From contig JANLWK010000085.1 in NCBI GenBank assembly GCA_031364505.1, forward strand, positions 1 to 48,602: a stretch of DNA of 48,602 nucleotides, in the 5' to 3' direction. Source of the DNA: Candidatus Eiseniibacteriota bacterium. GTDB taxonomy: Bacteria > Eisenbacteria > RBG-16-71-46. The notes beneath the pieces were generated by a model. It did no database searches, was not told the origin of the DNA, and worked only from the letters and a program-made list of their open reading frames with translations. Positions 28,296 to 38,150 of the stretch are shown here, piece by piece; the stretch's first letter is position 1, and each line of letters opens with the position of its first letter. Position numbers and translations under genes: made by a program.

Positions 28296-30593
28296 ATGCC
28301 ACTGGCTCCCACGACCCGCCTCGGCTCGTACGAGATCATCGCCCCGCTCGGCGCGGGCGGGATGGGCGAGGTCTATCGCGCGCGCGACACGCGGCTCAAG
28401 CGCGAGGTCGCGATCAAGGTGCTGCCCCAGGACGTCGCGTCGTCGCCGGAGCGGCTCGCGCGCTTCGAGCGCGAGGCCACGACCGTGGCGGGCCTGAGTC
28501 ATCCCAACATCGTCACCCTGTTCTCCATCGAGGAGGTCGAAGGCACGCGCTTCCTCACCATGGAGCTGGTGGATGGGCGCAGCCTTGATCAGTCGGTAGT
28601 CCCTGGGGGACTGCCCGCGGCCCGCGTGGTCGAGCTCGGCATCGCGCTCGCCGACGCGCTCGCCGCGGCGCATGAGAAAGGAGTCGTCCACCGCGACCTG
28701 AAGCCCGCGAATGTGATGCTCACGAAGGACGGGCGGGTCAAGGTGCTGGACTTCGGGCTTGCCAAGCTCGCGATGCCTGACTCCAACCGGGAACTCACGC
28801 AGGCCGCGACCATGACCACACCTCTGTCGGGCGACGGACATGTCATTGGCACCGTGCCATACATGGCGCCGGAGCAGGTGAGAGGCGACGCAGTGGACAT
28901 GCGCACCGACTTGTTCGCGCTCGGGATCGTGCTCTACGAGCTGGCGAGCGGGAAGCGGCCGTTCGTGGGGGAGACCCACGTGGACATCGGCCACGCTATC
29001 CTGCGCGAGGCCCCGAAGCCGCTGCGCACGCTGCACCTGCCGCGCGATCTGGACCGCATCGTGAGCCGATGCCTCGAGAAGAACCCGCGAGAGCGGTTCC
29101 AGACGGCGCTCGACGTCTCGAACGAGCTGCGCGCGTTACGAAAGGCACTCGAGCAGAGCGAGTCAGGCGTGGTGGCCAGGCCGGTCACGGACAAGGTGGC
29201 TTCGATTGCGGTGCTGCCATTCGCGAACCGGAGCGCGAGCGCCGACGACGAATACTTCTCCGACGGTCTCGCCGACGAGCTGCTCAGCGTGCTTTCGAAG
29301 ATCAAGGGGCTTCGCGTCACCGCTCGCACGTCATCGTTCCAGTTCAGAGGATCGAAGGAAGACGTTCCCACGATCGGTCGAAAGCTGGATGTCGCCACGC
29401 TGCTCGAGGGAAGCGTGCGCAAGGCGGGGAACCGCATCCGCGTGTCCGTGCAGCTCGTGAACGTCGCAGACAGCTCGCACCTGTGGTCCGAAACATACGA
29501 CCGCACGCTGGATGACATCTTCACCGTGCAGGACGACATCGCACAATCGGTAGTGAAAGCGTTACGCGTCACGCTCCTCGGTGATTCCGCCGATTCCGAC
29601 GCCTCGGTTCGTGCGAAGGCGGATGTCGTCGCCGCGGTGACGGGGCACGGACAGAATGCCGAGGCCCATCGACTCTATCTGCAGGGCAAGTATTTCGTGG
29701 ATCGCCTGACCGAGGCGGACACGGCGCGCGGCATCGGATATCTGGAGCAGGCATTGGCCCTCGATGCAACCCACGCCGCGGCTTGGAGCGCATTGTCGCG
29801 AGCGCACGCGAACAGCGGCGGTTTCAGCTGGGAACCTCTTCTCGAGGCCTTTCGTCTCGCGCGTGCGGCGGCGGAACGATCGATGGAGTTGGCGCCGAAT
29901 CTGGCGGAAGCACACGCGACCATGGCCACGATCCACCGATACCATGATTGGGACTGGGCAGGGGCCGAGCGATCGTGCAGGCGCGCTCTCGAACTGGCGC
30001 CCGAGAACGCGGAAGCTCTGCATTCATACGGTTGGCTGTGTTTTCAGCTCAGCCGATTCACCGAGGCCGAGGCGCTCTTGATGCGCTCGATCGAGAGGGA
30101 CCCACTGACCGTCGACGGCTACGTCGGCATTGGAATGCTTTATCGATCGATGGGGCGTCCCGCGGAAGCCGAGTTCTGGCTTCGCAAGGCGATCGAGCTC
30201 ATTCCTCAGGCTATCCATACGCGCTATGTCCTCGCGCTCTTGCTCGCCGAAGTGGGACGGGATGCAGACGCAGTCGCCGTCGCGAGGGAAGAGCCGGCGC
30301 GGTGGGCGTACCTCACGGCCTTGGCGTATGTGCATGCCAAGGGAGGACGCGGCGCGGAATCCGACGACGCACTGCACGAGTTGGAAGGCACGAGTGCCAA
30401 GACCTCGGGATTCCAGATTGCCCAAGTTCACGCCGCACGCCGTGAGATCGATGCCGCCTTCGACTGGTTGGAACGGGCATTCGCGCAACGCGACCCGGGG
30501 ATGGCCTGGATGAGAGTCGAGCCGTGCTTCGCCCCGCTCCATGGCGATCCGCGCTGGGCAGCGATGTTGTCGAGACTGGGACTCGCCAATTAA
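28296..30593 (+). CDS. Ser/Thr protein kinase with TolB-like and TPR domains
   Basis: HRDLKPAN, DFG, YMAPE; SIAVLPFAN..EYFSDGLADEL; TPRs; close paralog of 25241-27568. Confidence 0.92.
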   Translation: MPLAPTTRLGSYEIIAPLGAGGMGEVYRARDTRLKREVAIKVLPQDVASSPERLARFEREATTVAGLSHPNIVTLFSIEEVEGTRFLTMELVDGRSLDQSVVPGGLPAARVVELGIALADALAAAHEKGVVHRDLKPANVMLTKDGRVKVLDFGLAKLAMPDSNRELTQAATMTTPLSGDGHVIGTVPYMAPEQVRGDAVDMRTDLFALGIVLYELASGKRPFVGETHVDIGHAILREAPKPLRTLHLPRDLDRIVSRCLEKNPRERFQTALDVSNELRALRKALEQSESGVVARPVTDKVASIAVLPFANRSASADDEYFSDGLADELLSVLSKIKGLRVTARTSSFQFRGSKEDVPTIGRKLDVATLLEGSVRKAGNRIRVSVQLVNVADSSHLWSETYDRTLDDIFTVQDDIAQSVVKALRVTLLGDSADSDASVRAKADVVAAVTGHGQNAEAHRLYLQGKYFVDRLTEADTARGIGYLEQALALDATHAAAWSALSRAHANSGGFSWEPLLEAFRLARAAAERSMELAPNLAEAHATMATIHRYHDWDWAGAERSCRRALELAPENAEALHSYGWLCFQLSRFTEAEALLMRSIERDPLTVDGYVGIGMLYRSMGRPAEAEFWLRKAIELIPQAIHTRYVLALLLAEVGRDADAVAVAREEPARWAYLTALAYVHAKGGRGAESDDALHELEGTSAKTSGFQIAQVHAARREIDAAFDWLERAFAQRDPGMAWMRVEPCFAPLHGDPRWAAMLSRLGLAN

Positions 30594-30700
30594 CGTCAGG
30601 CCGAGCGCGACTGTTCGTACAATTCGATCACTAAATGTACAGTCGCCGGCCTCAAGGGATCGATCGATCCCGAACTTGGATCGCACAACCGGAGAACACA

Positions 30701-31108
30701 ATGCTCGACACCACCGCCACGATCAAAGCGACGCAGCTGGGCTGCTCGATCACCTGCAAGGATGTCGAAGCCTCGATCCTCTTCTGGCGGGAGGCCGTCG
30801 GTTTCGCGGTGGCTCGGACGTACGAGAACGAGGGGAAGCTCGCCGGCGCCGTCGTCACGGCAGGCGATTGCAGCATCGTGCTCAATCAGGACGACGGCCA
30901 GCTGGGCTGGGACAGGATCAAGGGACAGGGCTTTTACTTGCAGATCAACGTGGCCAGCGCCGCGGAAGTGGACGCAGCCGCGGCCCGCATCAAGGCGGCG
31001 GGCGGAACACTGTTGAACGAGCCGGCGGACCGCCCGTGGGGTGCCCGCATGTTCCAGTTCAAGGACCTCGACGGATTCAAGCTCGGCGTCTCCACGCCGC
31101 TCGCCTGA
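30701..31108 (+). CDS. VOC/glyoxalase family protein
   Basis: DVEASILFW...GF...EPADRPWGARMFQFKDLDG; GGAG RBS before ATG 30701. Confidence 0.85.
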   Translation: MLDTTATIKATQLGCSITCKDVEASILFWREAVGFAVARTYENEGKLAGAVVTAGDCSIVLNQDDGQLGWDRIKGQGFYLQINVASAAEVDAAAARIKAAGGTLLNEPADRPWGARMFQFKDLDGFKLGVSTPLA

Positions 31109-31128
31109 TCGCCGCAGCCGCGGTGTCG

Positions 31129-31242
31129 CGCCAACGACAAGCCCCCGCCGCGTATGGTCGGCGGGGCTTTCGTTTTGGCCCGGGACATGAGTGGACACGG
31201 ATGGTCGCGCTGGGTCATTGACGGGGTAGCCAACGGGTAGCC
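31129..31242 (+). repeat. Diverged partial copy of the att-arm repeat (no tRNA half)
   Basis: CGCCAACGA..GCCCC-hairpin..GGACATGAGTGGACAC..GGGTCATTGACGGGGTAGCCAACGGGTAGCC aligns with 38021-38134. Confidence 0.8.
31139..31176 (+). terminator. Intrinsic terminator-like hairpin (part of the repeat)
   Basis: AAGCCCCCGCCG-loop-CGGCGGGGCTT followed by TCGTTTT, downstream of the VOC gene. Confidence 0.7.
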
Positions 31243-31291
31243 GGTTTTCGAAGCCGGGTCCTATCCGCACTCCCTGAGGTACATTCCGTCG

Positions 31292-33733
31292 ATGCCACTG
31301 ACCCCCGGCACCCGGCTCGGCCCCTACGAGATCGTCGCGCCGCTCGGCGCGGGCGGGATGGGCGAGGTGTATCGCGCGAGGGACGCCCGCCTCGGGCGCG
31401 ACGTCGCCATCAAGGTGCTGCCGCAGCATCTGCGCTCCAGCCCCGAGGCGCTCACCCGCTTCGAACGCGAGGCGCGGGCGGTTTCGTCGCTCAACCATCC
31501 GCACGTCTGCACGCTCCATGACGTGGGCCGCCATGACGACATCGACTACCTCGTGATGGAATTGGTCGAGGGCGAGACGCTGGCCCAGCGGCTGGCGAAG
31601 GGGGCGCTGCCGACGGCGGACGTGTTGAGGCTCGGCGCCCAGATCGCCGACGCGCTAGATCGGGCGCACCGCGCTGGCGTGATTCATCGCGACTTCAAGC
31701 CCGGCAACGTGATGCTGACCGAGGCCGGGGTCAAACTGATGGACTTCGGGCTCGCGCGCGCAACGGGATTGTCGGCGCCCGCGAGCCCCAGCGGCGCGGT
31801 GATGGAGGCTCTCACGCAATCGCCGACGGTGGCGGCGCCGCTGACCGTCGAGGGCTCGATCGTCGGCACCGTCCAGTACATGGCGCCGGAGCAACTCGAG
31901 GGACGGGAGGCCGACGCGCGCAGCGATCTATGGGCGCTGGGTTGCGTGCTCTACGAGGTGGCGACGGGTAGGCACGCCTTCGAGGGGACGAGCCCAGCGG
32001 GCCTGATCGCCACGATCCTGAAGGAGCAGCCGCGGCCGCTGACGGAGCAAGCGCCGCTGATGTCACCTGGGTTCGAGCGCTTGGTGAACCAGTGTCTCGC
32101 CAAGAATCCCGACGAGCGCTGGCAGACGGCGAGCGATCTGCGCCGCGAACTGACGCGGATTGCGGAGCATGGCTCGTCGTCCGGACCCGGAACTCCCCCA
32201 AGGACCGCCTTCAGCGCACTCGCGGCGCGCCGCCTGCCCCTGTGGATCGCAGCCGCCATCGTTCTTTCAGGCTCGGCTTACCTCCTCGTCCGTAGCGGGT
32301 CGCTGCACCTGGGAGCCCCCGCACCGAACCCTGCCGCCACGCCCGGTGTCATTCGATCGATTGCCGTGCTACCGCTCGACAACTACTCGAGCGATCCAAA
32401 TCAAGACTATTTCGCCGAGGGCATGACCGACGAATTGACGGCCCAGCTTGCAACGATCAGCCAGCTGCGCGTGATTTCGCGCGGCTCGGCAATGCAGTTC
32501 AAGGGAGCGCATCGACCATCGACGCCCGAAATAGCGAAAGCGCTCAACGTGGACGCGGTTGTGGAAGGGTCGGTGACGCGAGTCGGCGACAAGGTACGAA
32601 TCACGGCCCAGTTGATCGACGCCCGGGCAGATCGGCATCTGTGGGCCCGGAGCTTCGAGCGCAGCTCGGGCGACGTGTTGGCGCTCCAGGCCGAACTCGC
32701 CTCGGCCATCGCACACGAGATCGATGTACAGTTGACCCCCACCGAGCAATCGCGGCTGGCCGCCGCGCCCCGCGTCGATCCGGAGTCGCACGATGCGTAC
32801 TTGAAGGGCCGATATTTCTTCAACCGCCCTAGCGACGACAACTTGAAGAAGGCGATCGCGCACTTCGAACAGGCGGTCCAATTGAGCCCGGACTTTGCGC
32901 CGGCATACTCGGGACTGTCGGACGCTTACCTCTGGGCCGGCTACAACGAAGGATTTCTGACCGCCACCGAAGGGCGGCGAAAGTCCAAGGCGGCCGCGGA
33001 GAAAGCCGTCCACCTGGACGACAACTCCGCCGAAGCCCACGCGTCTCTCGCCACATTCAGGCTGTTTTACGAATACGACTGGGACGGATGCGAGCGCGAG
33101 TTTCGGCGGGCCATCGCCCTCAACCCCAATTACGCGTTCGCCCACGATCAGTTCGGTATGGCCCTCGCCTTCCAGGGACGGATTGACGAAGCCGTCGCCG
33201 AGGGCAAACGCGCTGCCGAGCTGGATCCGCTGTCCCCCCAGATCCCGATTGATGCCGCGATGGCCTTCATGTTTCGGGGTGACTATGCGACGGCGAGGAG
33301 CCTGGCGAAGAAGGCCGCTGAACTCGATCCGACCTACTTCTTTCCTCCCATGTTGGAAGGTTGGGTCGATTCTGAATCCGGGAAGTTCGGTGACGCCATC
33401 CCGGCATTTGCGAAAGCCAAGTCGATGGATTCGCCCGGGTTCGTGACCGCATGGCTCGCATACGCGTACGGAGCTTCCGGCGATCGCGGCCGCGCGATGA
33501 CGGAGCTGGAAGATCTCAGGAAGACGTCACTGCATCACCAGGTACCGCCCTTCAGCCTCGCGCTCGTGTATCTCGGGCTGGGCGATCATCCGCGCGCAAT
33601 GGGATACCTGGAACAAGCCTATGCCACCGACTCGCAGTGGCTGGGATGGCTGAAGCTGGATCACGTCTTCGATCCACTCCGCTCCGACCCACGTTTCGTG
33701 GCGCTGTTACGGAAACTGGGATTCGAGCAGTGA
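31292..33733 (+). CDS. Ser/Thr protein kinase with TM helix, TolB-like and TPR domains
   Basis: HRDFKPGN, DFG, YMAPE; hydrophobic segment LWIAAAIVLSGSAYLLV; SIAVLPLDN..DYFAEGMTDEL; TPRs. Confidence 0.92.
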   Translation: MPLTPGTRLGPYEIVAPLGAGGMGEVYRARDARLGRDVAIKVLPQHLRSSPEALTRFEREARAVSSLNHPHVCTLHDVGRHDDIDYLVMELVEGETLAQRLAKGALPTADVLRLGAQIADALDRAHRAGVIHRDFKPGNVMLTEAGVKLMDFGLARATGLSAPASPSGAVMEALTQSPTVAAPLTVEGSIVGTVQYMAPEQLEGREADARSDLWALGCVLYEVATGRHAFEGTSPAGLIATILKEQPRPLTEQAPLMSPGFERLVNQCLAKNPDERWQTASDLRRELTRIAEHGSSSGPGTPPRTAFSALAARRLPLWIAAAIVLSGSAYLLVRSGSLHLGAPAPNPAATPGVIRSIAVLPLDNYSSDPNQDYFAEGMTDELTAQLATISQLRVISRGSAMQFKGAHRPSTPEIAKALNVDAVVEGSVTRVGDKVRITAQLIDARADRHLWARSFERSSGDVLALQAELASAIAHEIDVQLTPTEQSRLAAAPRVDPESHDAYLKGRYFFNRPSDDNLKKAIAHFEQAVQLSPDFAPAYSGLSDAYLWAGYNEGFLTATEGRRKSKAAAEKAVHLDDNSAEAHASLATFRLFYEYDWDGCEREFRRAIALNPNYAFAHDQFGMALAFQGRIDEAVAEGKRAAELDPLSPQIPIDAAMAFMFRGDYATARSLAKKAAELDPTYFFPPMLEGWVDSESGKFGDAIPAFAKAKSMDSPGFVTAWLAYAYGASGDRGRAMTELEDLRKTSLHHQVPPFSLALVYLGLGDHPRAMGYLEQAYATDSQWLGWLKLDHVFDPLRSDPRFVALLRKLGFEQ

Positions 33734-33863
33734 TGTGAGTGATCGGGTTTCATCGGACCGCGGACGAGCTGTCTAGAGCAGCGGTCTGGTGGACCGCATG
33801 CCTGATCGCCGCGTGCTGGATCGATTTCTTCACTGGGCGAACTGCGCTATCTTCTTGCGCCAC

Positions 33864-33899
33864 GGCCCCGTAGCTCAGACGGATAGAGCAGCGGTTTCC
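33864..33899 (+). tRNA. 5' half of tRNA-Arg(CCT), truncated within the anticodon
   Basis: GGCCCCGTAGCTCAGACGGATAGAGCAGCGGTTTCC (acceptor 5' strand, D arm, anticodon stem 5' strand); no 3' half follows. Confidence 0.8.
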
Positions 33900-34007
33900 C
33901 CATCGAAGTTCGCATGATCGGAGCTTGGGGGCGCCGGAATTCCGGATAAACTGCGCCGGACGTTCGCGGCGTGCCGCATCTCCACCCGGCCGAGAGTGTG
34001 ATCGAGT

Positions 34008-37000
34008 ATGGCGGATCGACAGCACCAAGCGCGCGAGCAACGAGAAGGCGAGCTGTTTCGCCTGCTGGTGGAAAACATTCAGGATTACGCCATCTTCGTC
34101 ATCGACACGGAAGGCCGGGTCGAAAACTGGAACCCGGGAGCGGAACGGCTGCTCGGTTATCCGGAAGCGGAAATTATCGGGCATTCGATCACTCCCTTGT
34201 TCACCCCGGAGGACATCGCGAAGGGCTTTCCGCAGCGGGAAATGCAGCAGGCGTTGGAGCAAGGTCGGGGAAACGATGACCGCTGGCACGTCCGCAAGGA
34301 CGGCTCCAGCTTCTGGTGCGGCGGGACGATGACGCCTTTGTGGGACGACAGCCGCCAGCTCAAGGGTTTCGCCAAGATCATGCGGGACCGCACGGAGTGG
34401 AGGCGGAACCAGGACGCCGTCGAGGAGCAAGTCCGGCTCGCCGCCTTCATCAAGGACGTGGGTCTCGCGCTCACCCAAAGCGACGATCTCCCGGACATGC
34501 TGCACCATTGCGCGGAGGCCATGGTCCGGCACCTAAACGGGGCATTCGCGCGCATCTGGACCCTTGATCCGCAGCGAAACGTGCTGGAGCTCCGGGCCAG
34601 CGCCGGTCGGTACACGCATCTGGATGGCCCGCATAGCCGCGTTCCGGTGGGCAAGTACAAGATCGGCCTGATCGCCCAGGAGCGCCAACCGCATTTGACC
34701 AACGCGGTGGCGAGCGACCGTCGTGTGAGCGATCGGGAGTGGGCCCGGCGTGAAGGTATGACGGCTTTCGCCGGCTATCCGCTGCTCGTGGAAGACCGGC
34801 TGGTAGGCGTCATGGCGATGTTCTCCGGGCACGATCTGTCGGATTCGACCCTCGAGGCGATGTCGTCGGTTGCCAACGGAGTTGCCCTCGGGATCGAGCG
34901 GAAATCCGCCGATGCGGAACGGCGACGGCACCAGGAATGGCTGCGGGTGACGCTGGCCAGCATCGGTGACGCCGTCATCGCCACCGACACCGAGGGCCGT
35001 GTCACGTTCCTGAATCCCGTCGCCCGGGAGCTGACGGGATGGAGCCAGGCGGACGCCCACGGGCAGCCTCTCGCAACCGTGTTCCGGGTCCTCCACGAAG
35101 AAACGCGTCTCCCCGTCGAGAACCCCGTCAGCAACGTTTTACGAGAAGGCCGGGGCGTGGGTCTGGGCAATTACACGGTGCTGGTCGCCCGGGACGGCAC
35201 GGAGCGGCCCATCGACGACTCCGCCGCCCCCATTCTCGACACGACCGGATCGCTGGCGGGAGTGGTCCTCGTGTTCCGCGACGTGACCGAACAACGTCGG
35301 GTGGAGCACCAGATGCGAGCGAGCGAGGCCCGTAAAGCGGCGATCCTGGAAACGGCTCTCGACTGCATCATCACGATGGATGCAATGGGGAAGGTGGTCG
35401 AGTTCAACCCCGCCGCCGAGAAGACGTTCGGCTACCGCCGCTCGGAGGTCGTCGGCCAGGAGCTCGCCGATTTAATCATTCCGGCATCGCTACGGGACCG
35501 GCACCACAAGGGCATGGCGCACTACCTGGCGACGGGAGAGGGGCCGGTTCTCGGAAAGCGACTCGAACTCCCCGCCCGGCGTGCGGATGGGACGGAGTTC
35601 CCCGTTGAGCTGGCAATCACCCGCATCCCGACCCCGGGCCCGCCGCTGTTCACGGCCTATCTGCGGGACATCAGCGAACGCAAGCGTCTCGAAGAGTCGT
35701 TGCGGGCGAGCGAGGAAAGGTTCCGCGGGCTGATGGAACAGGCACCCTTCAGCGTGCAGGTGTTCGCACCCGATGGGCGCACCGTACGGGTCAATCGCGC
35801 ATGGGAGGAATTGTGGGGCGTCACCCTCGACCAACTGGCCGGGTACAACATCCTGGCGGACGAGCAACTCGAGGCACGGGGTGTGCTTTCCTATATCCGA
35901 CGAGCCTTCGCCGGCGACCCCGCATTCGTGCCCGCGATTCGATATGACCCCAACGAGACGCTCCCCGACCAGACCCGACACCAGGATCCGGTGCGGTGGG
36001 TAGCCGCCGTCGCCTACCCCCTCAAGGACGACGCTGGCCAGGTTCGGGAGGTCGTCCTGGTCCACGACGACGTCACCGCGCGCATGCGCGCCGAAGCGGC
36101 ACTGCGCGAGAGCGAGGAAAAGTTGCGGTTGATGGCGGACACGATCCCGCAGCTGGCATGGATGGCCAGGCCGGACGGCCATATCTTCTGGTACAATCGC
36201 CGCTGGTACGAATACACCGGCACCACCGCCGAGCAGATGGATGGCTGGGGCTGGCAGTCCGTACACGATCCGGACGTACTGCCCAAGGTGCTCGAGCGAT
36301 GGAAGGGGTCGATCGCCAGCGGCCAGCCGTTCGACATGGTGTTCCCCCTCAGGGGCGCGGACCGCCATTTCCGTCCGTTCCTCACGCGCGTCAATCCGCT
36401 ACGGGACGAGAGCGGCCGGATCCTGTACTGGTTCGGGACGAATACCGACATCAGCGAAATCAAGAACATGGAAGAGGCGCTGCGGGACGCCGACCGCCGC
36501 AAAGACGAGTTCCTCGCAACATTGGCCCACGAGTTGCGCAACCCGCTCGCCCCAATCCGCAATTCGCTCCAGATCCTCAAGATGCCGCGGGTCGACCCGG
36601 CGACCGTCCAGCAGACCCGGGACATGATGGAGCGGCAGGTCCATCATCTCGTCCGACTCGTCGACGACCTGCTGGACGTGTCGCGTGTCATGCGGGGCAA
36701 GATCGAATTGCGCAAGGAGCCGGTGGAACTGGCCACCGTCGTCGCCCGGGCCGTCGAGACCGCTCAGCCGCTCATCGAGGTCCAGGGACACCGACTCGAA
36801 CTCTCGCTTCCGTCCGAATCGCTACTGGTGGACGCCGACCCGGTGCGACTGGCCCAGGTCGTCGGCAACCTATTGACGAACGCGGCAAAGTATACCGAGG
36901 CGAACGGATACATCTGGCTGACGGCCCAGCGAGATGGCGACCAGGCGGTGTTGCGGGTGCGGGACAACGGCATCGGTGTCACACCCGAGATGCTCCCGCA

Positions 37001-37619
37001 TGTCTTCGAGTTGTTCGTCCAAGTGGATCACGCTTCCACTAAAGCGCAGGGTGGGCTCGGGATCGGACTGACGCTCGTGAAGAATCTCGTCGAAATGCAC
37101 GGCGGCACCGTCGACGCCCATAGCGCCGGGCTCGGTAAAGGCTGCGAGTTTGTGGTGCGATTGCCGCTCGTGTTGCAAAAACGCCAGCAGGCGCACGAAT
37201 CGGACATCGCGGAACAGCAACCCGAGCCTGCGCGATCTTCCGGCCACCGGCTGATGGTCGTCGACGACAACCAGGACGCCGCCATCAGCTTCGCCATGCT
37301 GCTCCGGCTGCAAGGGCACGAGGTACGCATCGCCCACAACGGACCGGCGGCGTTGCAGATGGCGCAGGACTATACGCCCGACGTCGTGTTCCTGGACATC
37401 GGCATGCCCGGCATGGACGGCTATGAGGTCGCACGCCAGATGAGACAGCAGCCCGGCAAGGAGGATGTCGTACTGGCGGCACTCACGGGCTGGGGCCAGC
37501 GAGAAGATCGGCGGCGAACGGAGGAAGCGGGCTTCAACCACCACTTTGTCAAGCCACCGGACCTGAAGGCGGTCGAAAACCTGCTGTCACAACTACCCAC
37601 GCCAAGACCGCGTGCCTGA
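34008..37619 (+). CDS. Multi-PAS/GAF hybrid histidine kinase with receiver domain
   Basis: PAS (DYAIF..WNPGAE..RKDG), GAF, further PAS domains, LAHELRNPL, GGLGIGL, REC (FLDIGMPGMDG). Confidence 0.92.
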   Translation: MADRQHQAREQREGELFRLLVENIQDYAIFVIDTEGRVENWNPGAERLLGYPEAEIIGHSITPLFTPEDIAKGFPQREMQQALEQGRGNDDRWHVRKDGSSFWCGGTMTPLWDDSRQLKGFAKIMRDRTEWRRNQDAVEEQVRLAAFIKDVGLALTQSDDLPDMLHHCAEAMVRHLNGAFARIWTLDPQRNVLELRASAGRYTHLDGPHSRVPVGKYKIGLIAQERQPHLTNAVASDRRVSDREWARREGMTAFAGYPLLVEDRLVGVMAMFSGHDLSDSTLEAMSSVANGVALGIERKSADAERRRHQEWLRVTLASIGDAVIATDTEGRVTFLNPVARELTGWSQADAHGQPLATVFRVLHEETRLPVENPVSNVLREGRGVGLGNYTVLVARDGTERPIDDSAAPILDTTGSLAGVVLVFRDVTEQRRVEHQMRASEARKAAILETALDCIITMDAMGKVVEFNPAAEKTFGYRRSEVVGQELADLIIPASLRDRHHKGMAHYLATGEGPVLGKRLELPARRADGTEFPVELAITRIPTPGPPLFTAYLRDISERKRLEESLRASEERFRGLMEQAPFSVQVFAPDGRTVRVNRAWEELWGVTLDQLAGYNILADEQLEARGVLSYIRRAFAGDPAFVPAIRYDPNETLPDQTRHQDPVRWVAAVAYPLKDDAGQVREVVLVHDDVTARMRAEAALRESEEKLRLMADTIPQLAWMARPDGHIFWYNRRWYEYTGTTAEQMDGWGWQSVHDPDVLPKVLERWKGSIASGQPFDMVFPLRGADRHFRPFLTRVNPLRDESGRILYWFGTNTDISEIKNMEEALRDADRRKDEFLATLAHELRNPLAPIRNSLQILKMPRVDPATVQQTRDMMERQVHHLVRLVDDLLDVSRVMRGKIELRKEPVELATVVARAVETAQPLIEVQGHRLELSLPSESLLVDADPVRLAQVVGNLLTNAAKYTEANGYIWLTAQRDGDQAVLRVRDNGIGVTPEMLPHVFELFVQVDHASTKAQGGLGIGLTLVKNLVEMHGGTVDAHSAGLGKGCEFVVRLPLVLQKRQQAHESDIAEQQPEPARSSGHRLMVVDDNQDAAISFAMLLRLQGHEVRIAHNGPAALQMAQDYTPDVVFLDIGMPGMDGYEVARQMRQQPGKEDVVLAALTGWGQREDRRRTEEAGFNHHFVKPPDLKAVENLLSQLPTPRPRA

Positions 37620-37629
37620 AAAGCGACCT

Positions 37630-37702
37630 GGCGGTGGCGGAGCGCTTCGATCGTTTGAAACGACCGTGCTCCTGACCGTCGACGAAACGATGGATGCCCT
37701 GC
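37630..37702 (+). pseudogene. Fragment of a GYD gene paralog
   Basis: GGGGALRSFETTVLLTVDETMDAL closely matches 4195-4267 of the intact GYD gene. Confidence 0.8.
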
Positions 37703-37703
37703 A

Positions 37704-37813
37704 CGACACACGTTCGCGTGTCAGTGGCGGGAACGCGGTGGAAACCTGCCGCGCTGCCGCAAATCTTGGGACACGCGAGCATCGAGACCACGCCGCGGTG
37801 TTATGCCAGACAC
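37704..37813 (+). mobile_element. Decayed C-terminus of a tyrosine recombinase/integrase
   Basis: RHTFACQWRERGGNL then, after a 1-nt frameshift, AALPQILGHASIETTPRCYAR = RHTFA...LGH...TT..Y catalytic box II. Confidence 0.78.
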
Positions 37814-37922
37814 ACGGCCAAACCACAGCCAAGACCGCACCCAAGCCACCGCCGGGCGCTCTACAAAGTTCTATAGGGTGCCTTGCGCAAGTTGAAGTAA
37901 TCGAACACAGTGCCCGGCCCAT

Positions 37923-38150
37923 GGCCCCGTAGCTCAGACGGATAGAGCAGCGGTTTCCTAATTCCGATCAGCGATTTCTCACCGACGTCGACACGCCTCA
38001 CGCAAGTCATTCGGAATACTCGCCAACGAAGAGCCCCGCCCGGAGATGCCCGAGCGGGGCGATCGTTTTTCGATGGACTTGAGCGGACACCAACGGTCAC
38101 GGTGGGTCATTGAAGGGGTAGCCAAGGGGTAGCCAAGTATGGTGGCGGTT
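37923..38150 (+). repeat. tRNA-Arg(CCT) 5' half (37923-37961) plus conserved att-arm, copy A
   Basis: tRNA identity ends at the anticodon loop TTCCTAA; then hairpin GCCCCGC..GCGGGGC with T run and AAGGGGTAGCC x2 (38113-38136). Confidence 0.88.

Noticed and set aside
37923-38150. Group I intron in tRNA-Arg(CCU), as known in Agrobacterium
   Set aside because: The break position is similar, but no 3' exon (T arm GTTC, acceptor 3' strand) follows any copy and no convincing P7 GACTA/TAGTC pair is present; a cmsearch with RF00028 would settle it.
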